From Mobula birostris (taxonomy: Eukaryota): a DNA stretch of 64,000 nucleotides. Below, piece after piece: positions 40,961 through 53,044 of the stretch (position 1 is the first letter of the stretch; each line of letters begins with the position of its first letter). A program made the translations under genes and the position numbers. Location of the stretch: NCBI RefSeq assembly GCF_030028105.1, contig NC_092395.1:16088424-16152423 (forward strand), read 5' to 3'. The notes below the pieces were generated by a model that was given only the letters and a program-made list of their open reading frames with translations, was not told where the DNA came from and did no database searches.

Positions 40961-41739
40961 ACTTACAGACCTTCCAATTTAATCCCTTTGATCCCTGGGT
41001 AGTGAAGTCCCTTACCATATATTTTATATATATTCTGGTAGAACAAGTAAAGAAAAGAAATGAGACAATGCCTTAACCTTGACGTCCATTAGAAAGGAGC
41101 CAGGAACACTGCCAATATCTGGTACAAATATCTCATTATTTGAATTGTCAACTACAATCTAGAAAGCATTGTAAAAAAGAATTTACTTTCCAATATTAAA
41201 TGTTCCCAAATGAAGGTAACTATTGACCAAGATTCTAAGCACAACAAAACGATTCATCTCAATTCTACTTTTTGATAAGTTTCTCTACCATTACAATCAT
41301 TCCAAGCACGATATGGGAAATTTCACCTAGGCAATTAAAAGTAACCTAGGTTGGTTCCGGGAGAGTTGCAAAAATTACAAATTTTCCCTTGAGTGGGGCA
41401 GTGTATATGTTTTTATCTGTTTTGACTCTCAGCCACCACTATGAAAACTGTGCCCTGTGTAGTTTGACTTCCTATTATTTTCTGTGCATGCTTCCTTTCA
41501 CTTCGACCAACACTGTATAAACCCCAAAGCCTTTCATGATGGAATGTTTTTCTCTCAACTATAACTCCTGCTTAGGCAGCTAAGTTCCAACTGTGATGCA
41601 AGAGAAATATTGTCAACCATTAGGTGATCTCCCCTTCAGCCTTGGTTCAACTTTTCTATACTTCCCTTCCTAATTTACAAGTAACACCAAATTCATCAGT
41701 TTTCCTTATTTGGTCACAAGATTAAAAACCATAAGAAAC

Positions 41740-42190
41740 TGCGGAGATTTGTGGACACAGCTCAGCACGTCACCTGAACCAGCTTCTCCTCTATGGACTC
41801 TGTCCTATTTCTCAGTAAAGCAACCAACTTAATCAAAGACTTCAACCACACCAGACATTCTCTCTTCTCCCCTCTCCTGTCAGGCAGTAGATACAGAAAC
41901 CTAAAATCACATACCTCCAGGATCAAGGATAGCTTCTATCCCATTGTTATCAGATTCTTAAATGGACCTCTTTGCAATAAAATAAACTCTTGGCCTCAAA
42001 ACCTACCTTGTTATTCAAGATCTTCCGCTTTGTTTATCTGCACTGCATTTTTTGGGTAGCTTTTACACTTTATTTTTCATTATTATTGTCATACCTTAAC
42101 ATACTGTGTAATAATTTGATCTGTATAAACAGTATGCAAGACAAGATTTTCACTTATCTTGATACATACGACAATAAAAAAAACCAACAC
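41740..42190 (+). mobile_element. Rex1/Babar LINE 3' fragment
   Basis: KATNLIKDFNHTRHSLFSPLLSGSRYRNLKSHTSRIKDSFYPIVIRFLN. Confidence 0.8.
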
Positions 42191-43239
42191 TAATTCATCA
42201 CGTGGAATTCTAAACAGATCTTCCAGTATCTTTTCCCTTCTCGTTTCATTGCCTCTGCATCTAACCTATGATTCTATGGGGTGGAACTTTGCCCTCTGTT
42301 ACACATAAACCACGCCAGGAATAGTATGCTTGCTTATCAATAGAGTACACTACTTGGATGTTGAGGCACTGAATGGCCTCTCATATGTAGACATGCATTT
42401 CAGCACTAATTATTCTGTAGGCTAGCCTGATAGAGGATGAACAAAATGTGTAATTTACTAAAATGTAAGACACAAGTCATTCCATTTATATATGGAAATA
42501 TTTCTAGTGCCTAAATCTGGACCTTGCTGTAAACTTTGGCTTGCATACTTTCATGTTGAATGACTCTAGGAAAACCAACTCTAAACACCTTATCAAAAAA
42601 ATGGACCAATGCTTCACAGATAAGCTCAGTCTCAGCAGCTGCAACCAAAATACCACCTCAAAAAATGAGGATCCTCCGTATCTTGGCCTCTCAGGACCTC
42701 ACTATTCGAGTGTGTGCTGTTAAGAAGGTGTGGAAATGTGCCCCAACATAGCTTCTATGCTCTGGTTTCAGACTAGCCAACCCACCAGAGACTGGTGCAT
42801 AGACATAGGTATTTCATCCAAGTGCTGTGCATCTCAAAATATTCCGCAGTCATAAGGAAAAATGGACAAATATTCTCAAAGTAGCATTGCATGAAGGTTT
42901 TAGATAGCTGCTATTCTACTTTATTGGAAATCTAATGATTATTGACGATGCTACCATTCAAGATAATTGTAATTGTAGTGTGGTCTACCCTCCATGCTGA
43001 GGGCAGCGGGTATGTGGAAGGAAGTGATAAAGGAAAGCTGAAAAACTCTGGAATCAAATTTGACGGCTTCAGTGTTTCAGAATTATAAAGGTCATGGATG
43101 CATTGTGAGATGAAGGTGATACAGGCTGGGACTGAATCAGAGAAGCGACTTCATTACTCAACCAGCTCAAGGCTATCTGTTCCTCAGCAAAGCTTGCAAT
43201 CAAGAAATAACCTGGAATTCAGAGTTAAAAAGTAGAAAG

Positions 43240-43700
43240 TCAAAGTAAATGTATTATCAAAGTACATATATGTCACCATACACTACTCTGAGATTCATTT
43301 TATTGTGGGCATTCACAGTAAATACAAAGAAACACAATAAAATCAGTGAAAAACTACACAAAGATGAACAAATAACCAATGTACAAAAGAGAACAAATTT
43401 TGCAAGAAAGAAAACAATAGATAAATAAGTAATAAATAATATTGAGAGCGTCAGTTGTAGAGTCCTTGAAAGTGGGTCCATAGGTTGTGGAGTCAGTTCA
43501 GTGTTGAGGTGAGTGAAGTTATCCACTCTGGTTCAGGAGCCTGATTGTTGAGGAGTGATAACTTTTCTTGAACCTGGTTCTGTGGGACTTAAACCTCCTG
43601 TACCTCCTTCCTGATGGTAGCAGTGGGAAGAGAGGATGACCTGCACGGTAGAGGTCCTTAATGAAGGAAGCTGCTTTCCTGTGACAGCACTCCTTGTAGT
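43240..43700 (-). mobile_element. Rex1/Babar LINE 3' fragment
   Basis: Same 3' UTR as 8260-8520 and 34500-34795. Confidence 0.8.
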
Positions 43701-44038
43701 TGTACCATCATGGAAATTAATCTTTCAGTCTAACTGATCCTTGCTAGGTTAAGTGTCACTTATGAGCTTCTCCCACCCTAACATCTACCATTTTCTGCTC
43801 CTCCAATCTTACTTGTCTCGTATCCTTTTAAAGGTCTTGAGTTATTCACCTTAAAAACTCCTTTGGATTACAACAATTTAGTATGTACGCATATATTTTT
43901 TTCTAACATCTCTCCTGCCAAACCTCTTACTGCAATTTTAATAGATCAGCTTGGTTGTAAAATAGCTTGTTTGCTCACACAAGAAGATTGACTTTTCCAA
44001 TCTTCTGTGAAGCTGGCCAGATACTTGTGGTCTCTTAC

Positions 44039-44234
44039 CTCTGTGATGTTCCATGTCCAGGTGATTCTTATCGTCTTTCATCGCTAAGTGTGCATGGACG
44101 CCGAGGGCACTGGAGAGAGCCAAGAGGCCTGAGCCACCGCTAATGGAAGGAATCCCCGTAGGCTGGAGTCCTGACGGATGTGGAGTGAGTGGAATTGGAG
44201 GTGCATGATGGGACAGGTGCTGGAGCTGCTGCTG
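44039..44234 (-). CDS. TLE2: Groucho/TLE corepressor, GP-domain exon (equivalent to TLE exon 7)
   Basis: 196-nt exon, ccttacttatag|CAGCAGCAG...AGAG|gtaaga, translates [65 protein letters not shown]+G. It matches the TLE GP domain (TLE2-type LSHHAPP; TLE1-type [27 protein letters not shown]). Phase 0-1, in frame with the previous exon. Confidence 0.95.
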
Positions 44235-44419
44235 CTATAAGTAAGGATGCTGATGTCAATAGCAGATCAGACAAGTTTACACCAAATAAATAAATCACAT
44301 GACAGAAATCATTCTCTATCGTGCCAGAGGAGATGGCCAATAGCAAGAGAGGTACACTTTTGCATTTATTAACTCTTTCAAGAGCAAAAATATAGAGATT
44401 CGAGATTCAGTAATTTATT

Positions 44420-44705
44420 TATTTATCGAGATACAGCACCGAATAGGCCCTTCCGACCCTTTGAGCCACGCCACCCAGCGATCCCCCGATTTAATCTCAT
44501 CCACTCATGGGACAATTTACAATGCTCAATTAACCTACCAACCAGTGAGTCTTTGGACCATGAGGGAGGAAACTGGAGCTCCTGGAGGAAACCAAGCAGT
44601 GACAGGGAGAACACACAAACACCTTACAGAGAGTAGAGGGAATTGAACCTGGGTTGTCTGTATAGTAAAGTGTTGTACAAACCACTCCACTACCATGCCA
44701 CCCCA
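44420..44705 (-). mobile_element. HE1/V-SINE-like SINE
   Basis: Full head, core and tail, like 5530-5800. Confidence 0.8.
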
Positions 44706-44829
44706 AAAGATTTTATAATGTCACTTCCGGTACACAAAAGTGTAAAGGGGAACAACACCTGAAGCAGCATATAAAACACAGTAAGATAAAGAATACAATT
44801 TTAAAAACCCACAATAAATCTAAATAAAC

Positions 44830-44948
44830 AAGAGAAAATCTGCATATGTTGGTAACCACACAAAATGTTGGAGGAACTCAGCAGGTCAGGCAGCATCTAT
44901 GGAAAACAGTACAGTTGATGTTTCGGGCCAAGACTCTTCAGCAGGACT
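44830..44948 (-). mobile_element. Penelope-like terminal fragment with a decayed hammerhead (44913-44948)
   Basis: AGTC-CTGCTGA-A-GAGTCTTGGCCC-GAAA-CA-TC-AACT followed by gatgctgcctgacctgctgagttcctcca. Confidence 0.65.
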
Positions 44949-45836
44949 TTAAACTAGATATACTTTAAATGTATTTAAATACAAATAAATAAAAGAGCTT
45001 ATACACAAACAATGATTACATGTACATAAAGTGACACTAGGTACAGGAATGTCTGTGCCAAGGGTGACTATGACAGGAAACGATGAAGTAGTTGTACTGA
45101 GGGATGCTTCGGGATGAGTTGTTAGTGGGTGGAGGTGTTGATTATTCTTACTGCTCGGGGAAAGTAACTGTTTTTGAGTCTGGTGGTCCTGGCATTGGAT
45201 ACGACATAGCCTCCTCCCTGATAGGAGTGGGATTATGTGAATGTACAGACTACATTAACACGATTAAACATTATTACAGGGAGAGTACATGGAGAATGTC
45301 GAGCACCACAAGGGGACATTAATCATAGTCACCAGCTCCAACCGGGATTTCAGAAGAAACATTTCAGTCAAAGGGAGGTGTGAATGTGACTCATTTCTAT
45401 GAAGGGTGCTGGAGTGAATGGTATAGATGACTTTAAGGGGAGAATCGACATACGTGTGATGAAGAAGAGAACAAAGGGCTACATTGAAAGATTCAAATTT
45501 TTAAAAATATGGAAAGATGGGAGCCCCAAGTCGGACAGATTGGGCAGGCCCAACGGCATACTTGTGTCTTATGTCCCCTAGAATGTAGAGCAAGCAGCAG
45601 TGGGATTTTGCTATGTAAATTATATTCAAGGAGATATATGGCACAAATAAAATTATCTGATTCGTGATATTGTTCAAGTCAGTTACAACAGATCTTTTTC
45701 ATCAGGTTCATGCTGGGCACATGCACTAGATAAACTTGGAATCGTGCAGTTGCTCCTGTTAAGTAGGTGGGGGCCATCCCGAAGAATTGCAGGGACCACT
45801 GTCCACTCTGTATCTTTTCTATAAATTATATGACTA

Positions 45837-46376
45837 CACTCAGGGGCCGCTTTACTAGGAACACTTGCTCGTTAATGCAATTATCTAATGGGCCAATCAC
45901 ATGGCAGCAACTCAGTGTATAAACGCATGCAGATATGTTAAAGCAGTTCAGTTGTTGTTCAGACCAAACATCAGAATGGGAAGGAAGTGTGTGATCAAAA
46001 TGACCTTGACCGTGGAATGATTATCGGTGTCAAATGGGACCGTTTGAATATCTCAGAAACTGATGATCTCCTGTGATTTTCATGCACAGAGTTTACCGAG
46101 AATAGCACGGAAAACAAAAACATCCAGCGAGCAGCAGTTCTGTGGGTGAAAATGCCTCGTTAATGAGACAGGTCAGAGGAGAATGACCAGACTGGTTCAA
46201 GCCGACAGGAAGGTGACAGTGACTCAAATAAGCACCCCTTACAACAATGGTGTGCAGAAGAGTATCTGTGATGGCACAACACATTGAAACTTGACGTAGA
46301 CGGATTGCAGCAGAATACCATAAACATAAACTCAGAGGCCACTTTATTAGGTACAGGAAGAAGTGATCACTGAATG
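45837..46376 (+). mobile_element. Tc1/mariner-type non-autonomous DNA transposon
   Basis: Imperfect TIRs cactcaggggccgcttta... / ...aagtgatcactgaatg flanked by TA. A second, inverted copy lies at ~53870-54436. Confidence 0.75.
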
Positions 46377-46444
46377 TAAACTACTCGAATGTTATAAAAG
46401 CCCCACAGGCCATTTAACCTTTCATCATCTTTATTATGTACCTA

Positions 46445-47139
46445 TGTAAGGGGGTTTCGTCTTTTATGTTACTGCGGAGGCTAATTAAAATGGCTTCTTT
46501 GTTATGTTATAATCGGGAATGCTTCTTTGTTATGTTAAACACTGAGAAAGCTTTGCACTAGCAGCTTGTTGTGGGTTAGGGGGTGATGAGAGGATGTTAC
46601 GAACCAATTGGGATAGTAGTTATGACTTTGGTGTATCTGGAAGATTTGTATGCGCGGGGTTTTGAGGCAGAAGGCGGGAGAGAGAGACAGAATGGACCAG
46701 GTGCTGTGAGTCTGCTAACGGGGTCGGACCCCGAGCGGGGTGTTCGGCGAGGAGGGGAGATGGAGACGGACTCGTGTGGACCGTCTTGTCGACCGCCGTT
46801 GTTGGTCCCAGGTGGCCGGTCGAGGTGGTCCGAGGGGTCGCAGGGTGAAGAAGAAGGGTCCTGTGCTCCAACTTTTTTGTCCACGAAGAGATTGAACTTT
46901 GGTAAGTGTGGCGCCTTTTATTTTCCTTTTATATTTTATTCTCTATTAATTATATAGTCCCAGTAATATCTATAAACTGTAAATCATTTAAATGTATCTG
47001 GTGTATTGCCTGTTATTTGGGCAGGGTGGAGTACATCACACAGCATCCACACAAACTATTACCCAGTTTGGCGGGGCCAAGGGCTGTTTCCCTAGACAAC
47101 AGCGAGCCGAGCGACCCTGAGGCTGGCCGGGGGGCTACA
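46445..47139. mobile_element. Solo LTR (Gypsy-like), CpG-rich and probably young
   Basis: TGTA...TACA termini; 4-bp TSD CCTA at 46441-46444 and 47140-47143. Confidence 0.85.
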
Positions 47140-47954
47140 CCTAAATTTTGAAATTACTGGGCTGAAGTATAATTATTAGTTGGTCACCAGAGTATATTTC
47201 CCTGGTTTCCTTCAAACTGGTCTCTTGGGGATGTTCTCATCCACAAGGGAGAGCACACAGGGCTTTGTTTAAGAGCCTGAATTGATTACCAGTATTTCCA
47301 ACAATACCGCTTCCCACTGCACTGGAGGTTACAAGTTCAAGTCCCACTCTGGAAATCCATACACAGGACTTTCAGTACCAAGAGAATGACGCATTGTTGA
47401 AGATGCTGGCATTCACTTTCGTACTTAAGATCTCAGACTTGGAACCCACAACCTTCTAGCTCAGAAGTTTCATCTAATATTACGGCCTTTTGCCTTGCTC
47501 CCCACATCACTTCAACAGATTCTAAATAGCTGCTGCTGGAACCAGCACAAGGCATTCCCTCAAGAGAGTCGTACACCATAAAATAATTGGCTCCTCAGCC
47601 ATATCATTTTGTAATGTTTTCCCCATTGCCTTTCTGCTTCACATGAAAAATGTAAGTGTGGGTCTACATTAAGGAACAGGAAGGTGTGGAGAAACAGATT
47701 GTCAGCCAAGGTTCAGTGGGTAGAATGCTCACCTCCAGGTCAGAGGTTCCACTCTTACTCCAAAGACTTCAGCACTGAAATCTGGGCTGATACCGCGGAG
47801 CAGTCCCAACTGAGCACTGCATTCTCACAGGTGCCATCTTTAGAAGGGAAATGTTAAGGTCTTGTCAAAATGATCTCAAGATTGTGGCTTATCCCATGTC
47901 TTAATATTTTTTCCTTCATTGAAACAGCTTTAATTGCTGCTCCACAATAACAAG

Positions 47955-48257
47955 AAACTTTGCAGATGCTGGAAATCCAAAGCATCACACACACACAATG
48001 CTGGAGGAACTAGGCAGGCCAGGCAGCATCTATGGAAAAGAATAAAAAGTCGACATTTCGGCCCGAGACCCTTCGTCAGGATTGGAAAGAAAGATGAGAG
48101 GTCAGAGTAAGACGGTGGAGGGAGGGGAGGAAGAAGTACAAGGTGGTAGGTGATAGGTAAACCTGAAAGAGGGAGAGGGCTGAAGTAAAGATGTTTTTGC
48201 CCTTTTCTATAGATGCTGCCTGGCCTGCTGAGTTCCTCCAGCATTTTGTGTGTGTTT
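47955..48257. mobile_element. Fold-back Penelope-like fragment (terminal module repeated in inverted orientation)
   Basis: aatgctggaggaactaggcaggccaggcagcatctatggaaaag (~47997-48040) is the reverse complement of cttttctatagatgctgcctggcctgctgagttcctccagcatt (~48203-48246). Confidence 0.8.
48048..48083 (-). ncRNA. Minimal type I hammerhead ribozyme motif
   Basis: AATC-CTGACGA-A-GGGTCTCGGGCC-GAAA-TG-TC-GACT. Core and GUC cleavage triplet intact; stems I and II weakened. Confidence 0.6.
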
Positions 48258-48669
48258 AATTGCTGCTGTGTTTTATTGTACTATGTGAAAATTCACTGCC
48301 AGATGTCCTACATGAAAAAAATCAAAGAAACTACCCAGATGCTGGAAGGCTGAAGCAAAAGCAGGTACCCCTGAGCGGCTGTAAAAGAAATTATATTTCA
48401 CTCTTATTTATTTTGATATATAACATGTTAACTAGCCCTTCCGGCTCAACTACCCCTTGCCAACCAATTACACCCATGTCACCAATTAACCTACTAACTT
48501 GTTCATCTTTGAAATGTTGGAGGAGACCCGCCCAGTTATGGGGAGAAGATACAACCTCCTTAGCTACAGCTGAGGGGATTTGACCTGGATTGCCAGTTGT
48601 GTAACAGTGTTACACTAATTCCTTTGCTACCCTGCCACCACATGCTGGTGCAAACCATGTAAGTTGAAA

Positions 48670-49750
48670 GGGCTGCATCACTGTCTGGTATGGAGGGGCT
48701 ACTGCAGAGGACCAAAAGAAGCTGCAGAAGGTTGTAAATCTAATCAGCTCCATCTTGGGTACTAGCCTACAAAGTACTTAGTCATACTTTATTGATCCCG
48801 GGGGAAATTGGTTTTCATTACAGTTGCACCATAAATAATTAAATAGTAATAAACCATAAATAATTAAATAGTAATATGTAAATTATGCCAGGAAATAAGT
48901 CCAGGACCAGCCTATTGGCTCAGGGTGTCTGACCCTCCAAGAGAGGAGTTGTAAAGTTCGATGGTCACAGGCAGGAATGACTTCCTATGACACTCTATGC
49001 TGCATCTCAGTGGAATGAGTCTCTGGCTGAATGTTCGCCTGTGCCCACCCAGTACATTATGTAGTGGATGGGAGACATTGTCCAAGATGGCATGCAACTT
49101 AGACAGCATCCTCTTTTCAGACACCACCGTCAGAGAGTCCAGTTCCATCCCCACAACATCACTGGCCTTACGAATGAGTTTGTTGATTCTGTTGGTGTCT
49201 GCTACTCTCAGTCTGCTGCCCCAGCACACAACAGCAAACATGATAGCACTGGCCACCACAGACTCGTAGAACATCCTCAGCATCGTCCGGCAGATGTTAA
49301 AGGACCTCAGTCTCCTCAGGAAATAGAGACGGCTCTGACCCTTCTTGTAGGGAGCAGTGTCTCAGAAAGGCAGTGTCCATTATTAAAGACATCCAGCACC
49401 CAGGGCATGCACTTTTCTCACTGTTACCATCAGGTAGGAGGTACAGAAGCCTGAAGGCACACACTCAGTGATTCAGGAACAGCTTCTTCCCCTCTGCCAT
49501 CCGATTCCTAAATGGACTTTGAAGCTTTGGACTTCTTTTAATATACAATATTTCTGTTTTTGCACATTTTTAAAAAATAATCTATTCAGTGTATGTAATT
49601 GATTTACTTATTTATTATGTTTTGTTTTATTTTATTTATTATTTTTTTCTCTCTCTGCTGGATTATGTACTGCATTGAACAGCTGCCGCGAAGTTAACAA
49701 ATTTCACATCACATGCCGGTGATAACAAACCTGATTCTGGTTCTGATTCT
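48670..49750 (+). mobile_element. Rex1/Babar LINE 3' fragment split by an opposite-strand LINE
   Basis: GCITVWYGG..QKKLQKVVN at 48670, resuming at ~49350 through the ctgatt tail. Confidence 0.8.
48782..49350 (-). mobile_element. Rex1/Babar-type LINE 3' fragment (distinct, young subfamily)
   Basis: ORF 48912-49283: FYESVVASAIMFAVVCWGS..RINKLIRKAS..HPLH; tail cccccgggatcaataaagtatg. Confidence 0.85.
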
Positions 49751-49849
49751 GCAGAGTAGAGGGTGCTAAGCAAGACGTGCAATTAAATGAACTGGAAGTC
49801 AGGAAGCACTTTGGCTCTAGTAGCCATAATTCAATTACCTTTAAGAAAA

Positions 49850-51850
49850 GCATAGGTTTGAGTTCTACACTGGTGCAGGGCTAACTTTAGAGGACTCTGA
49901 CAGGATCTAGCGAAGGTCGATTGGCTGAGCCTGTTTGAAAGGAAAGGAATGAGTGGGAAGTGGGAGACATTTAAGAATGTGATACCAAGTGTCTAGGAGC
50001 AGCATGTTCCTGTTGGGATGAAGTGTAAACCTAGCAAGTTTAGGGAGCCTTGGCTGACAAAAGTGTCGAGGCTCTGGTTACGAGAAAGGAAGCACACATT
50101 GGGTTTAGGATGTTAGGATCGAGCAACTTCCTTCAGAGCTATCAGGAATATTGTTAAGATGGAAATCAGGAGGGCAAAGAGAGGGGGTGAGATGGATCTG
50201 TCAGGCAAGGTTTAGGAACATCCCAAGAGTTGCTACGGTGGTACTAAGAACAAATTCAATACAGAGCAAGTGCCTTTAGAGATCATCAGGCTGCCTATGG
50301 ATTTTTAGGAAATATTTCTCCTCATTTTTAATGAGGAGAAAATCATGATTGCTCAAGACATAAGGGAAACGTGGAGATGTTTTGGTGGACATTCATATCA
50401 CCAGGGAGGAACCATTTACATCCTTACAATGCATTGAAGTGGACTAATCTCCAGGGCCTGTCCAAGTGATTTTCTTAATTATTAGCCACTGATGAATTTA
50501 CTGAAGAATAGAAGGTGACTAATGTTGTCCTGTTGTTTAAAAACAGTAGCAAGGACAAACCAGGGGACTACAAGCTAGTCAGCCTGCTATCAGTAGTGGG
50601 GAATGTATGGAGGAAATGCTGAGGAACAGAATCACCAAGCATCTGGAAAGACTGGGACCCATGACTGTGTCATCACCCACAGCTCCAATCTGCTAATTAC
50701 ATTTGCTGACGACGCTACACTGATTGGTCTAACCTCAAATAATAATGAGGCACCCTACAGAGAAGGAGTCATCACTCTGACACAATGGTGTCGAGAAAAC
50801 AACCTCTCTCTCAATCTTGCAAAAACAAAGGAGCTGGTTGTGGACTACAGGAGGAATGGAGACAAGCTAACCCCTATAAGACATCAATGGATGTGGGGTT
50901 GAGAGGGCGAACAGCTTTAAGTTCCTCAGCATAAACATCACCAAGGAACTCATGTGATCTGTACATACCGGCTGTGTGGTGAAAAAGGCACAACAGCACC
51001 TCTTTCATCTCAGACAGCTGAAGTTTGGTATGGCCCCCAAAATTCTAAGAACTTTCTACATTGGCATGATTGAGACTGGCTGCATCACTGCCTGGTATGG
51101 GAACTGTACCTCTCTCAATCGCAGGACTCTGCAGAGAGTGGTGCAGACAGCCCAGCGCATCTGTAAATGTGAACTTCCCGCTATTCAGGATATTTACAAA
51201 GACAAGTGTGTAAAAAGGGCCCAAAGGATCATTGGAGGCCCAAGTCACCCCAACCACAAACTGTTCCAGCTGCTACCATCCAGGAAAAGGTACCGCAGCA
51301 TAAAAGCCAGGAGTAACAGGCTCCAGGACAGCTTCTTCCACCAGGACATCAGACTGCTTAATTCATGCTGATGCAACTGCATTTCAATGTCATATTGGCT
51401 GTCCTGATGTACATAATATTTATTATAAATTACTATAATTGCACATTTAGATGGGGTCATGATGTAAAGATTTTTAGTCCTCATGTATATGAAGTATGTA
51501 AGTAATAACGTCAATTCAGTTCAAGACAGAACCAGATTAGGAGGAGTCAGCATGGTTTTTGGTGTGGGAAGTCATGCATGCAAAACTTTTTTGAAATTTT
51601 TGAAGAAGAAACCAAAAATGAGCAGCGTGCAGGGCTGTGGATGTTGTCTGTTTTGAATTTTAACAAGGCCTGCAACAAAATGCAGCATGGTAGCCTGGTC
51701 TGCATCATTTCCGAAGATTTGGATAGTTACATGGGGAGGGATGATGGACAAACGTTGGAAACTTGGACTAAGTGGGTGAACACTATGGTTGGTATGGACT
51801 CGATGGGCCAAAGGGCCTGCATCTGTGCTGTATTGCTCTACGACTATGAA
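49850..51850 (+). mobile_element. Old CR1 fragment interrupted by Rex1 (50657-51522)
   Basis: gagccttggctgac, aatgttgtcctgttgtttaa, gactacaagctagtcagcctg, cagcatggtttt, tttaacaaggcc. Confidence 0.7.
50657..51522 (+). mobile_element. Rex1/Babar LINE RT C-terminus and tail
   Basis: THDCVITHSSNLLITFADDATLIGL, NLSLNLAKTKELVVDYRR, KKAQQHLFHLRQL, GCITAWYGNC. Confidence 0.9.
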
Positions 51851-51933
51851 TCTCTCAGACTTTCACAGTCCGGATATGAGCTATAATATTTAACGTCCAT
51901 TACATCTCCCACATGTATAAGAAGGCCACTTAC

Positions 51934-52008
51934 CCCAATGATGGCATTCAGCTCCGCCATGGTGACCTGCTTAGCTCGCTCAATTGCCTGGACCACCTGT
52001 TGCTGGTG
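51934..52008 (-). CDS. TLE2: Groucho/TLE corepressor, internal coding exon (C-terminal part of Q domain; equivalent to TLE exon 6)
   Basis: 75-nt exon, ttctctttggtttaacgacag|CAC...GGG|gtaagt, translates HQQQVVQAIERAKQVTMAELNAIIG. This is nearly identical to the vertebrate TLE1-4 Q-domain segment, with the conserved length and phase 0-0. Family assignment is firm; the paralogue assignment (TLE2) is an inference. Confidence 0.95.
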
Positions 52009-52149
52009 CTGTCGTTAAACCAAAGAGAAAGTTCAGGAAACTTCAAGATAAAGCACAAACCCAAAATGAATAGATATCAAGACGTACTGCTCTTCCTCAC
52101 TAAAAAATAACACTATATCAGTCCTTTTTTTAAAAAAAAATTAGTGTTA

Positions 52150-52380
52150 CAGCTTCACAAAGTCCAACATCCCTGTCGTGAAAGGCAGAAATGGGTAAGG
52201 CCGGCCAACGGTGCTGTCGTGAAGCTGTGAATGCCAATCCTCTGTACAGCGGATGGAATGGATTGCAGAAGCATTGATGAACTCCAACCAGACCATCAAC
52301 GTCAGAGGACGCTGGAGACGGGAGGTCATCGGCGGCCTATGCTCTTCGGAGCTAAGGGCCCAAGTAAATAAGTAAGTAAC
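52150..52380 (+). mobile_element. RTE-type LINE 3' end
   Basis: acgctggagacgggaggtcatcggcggcctatgctc followed by a (taag)n tail. Confidence 0.5.
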
Positions 52381-52600
52381 AGGCCCTTCTAGCCCAATGA
52401 GCCCCCGCTGCCTAATTACATGTATGTAACCAATTAACCCACTAACCCGTACATCTTTGGAATATGGGAGGAAACCGGAGTATCGGGAGGAAACCAACAC
52501 ATTCACCGGGAGAATATATAAAGTCCTTACAGACAGCATCGGAACGATACCTGAGCTGCCGGCACTGTAATATCATTATGCAAAATGCTGTGGTACCATG
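52380..52600 (-). mobile_element. HE1/V-SINE-like SINE
   Basis: gggaggaaaccggagtatcgggaggaaacc core. Confidence 0.7.
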
Positions 52601-53044
52601 CTGGCAAGAGAAACGATGTATGACATTATCAGACTGGCCTTTTCTATTGCTGAGAACAGCAAGTTCCACAGGTCTGCATGTTTGATGCTTTAAGCCCATC
52701 GCGTGCATTTGCAAAGCTGTGAGGCGTCACTGTGCTCTCATTAAGGTTATTTCATGACTTAACCGAACAGGCGCTTAATTCCAACAACAAGAAATGTGAG
52801 TTATTGTAACTTGATGTGGAAAATACTATCGCATATTGTCTTGGAAATATGTATCCAAGTGATATAGCTGTGAGGCAACTTGATAGCAGTGTATAAGATT
52901 ATAAGAGCCAAAGATAGATAGGGAGGGCAGCACGGCTAACATCAGAGGACTTTGAACAGGAGTGGAAGAAGGTTCAGGGGATATGTTAGAGTTAGATCCC
53001 CTGAGAGTGGTAAGTGTCCAGAATGCTCCGCCAGGTGTTAGAGG

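Noticed and set aside
46583-46957. GC-rich overlapping ORFs
   Set aside because: Inside the solo LTR bounded by the CCTA TSD.
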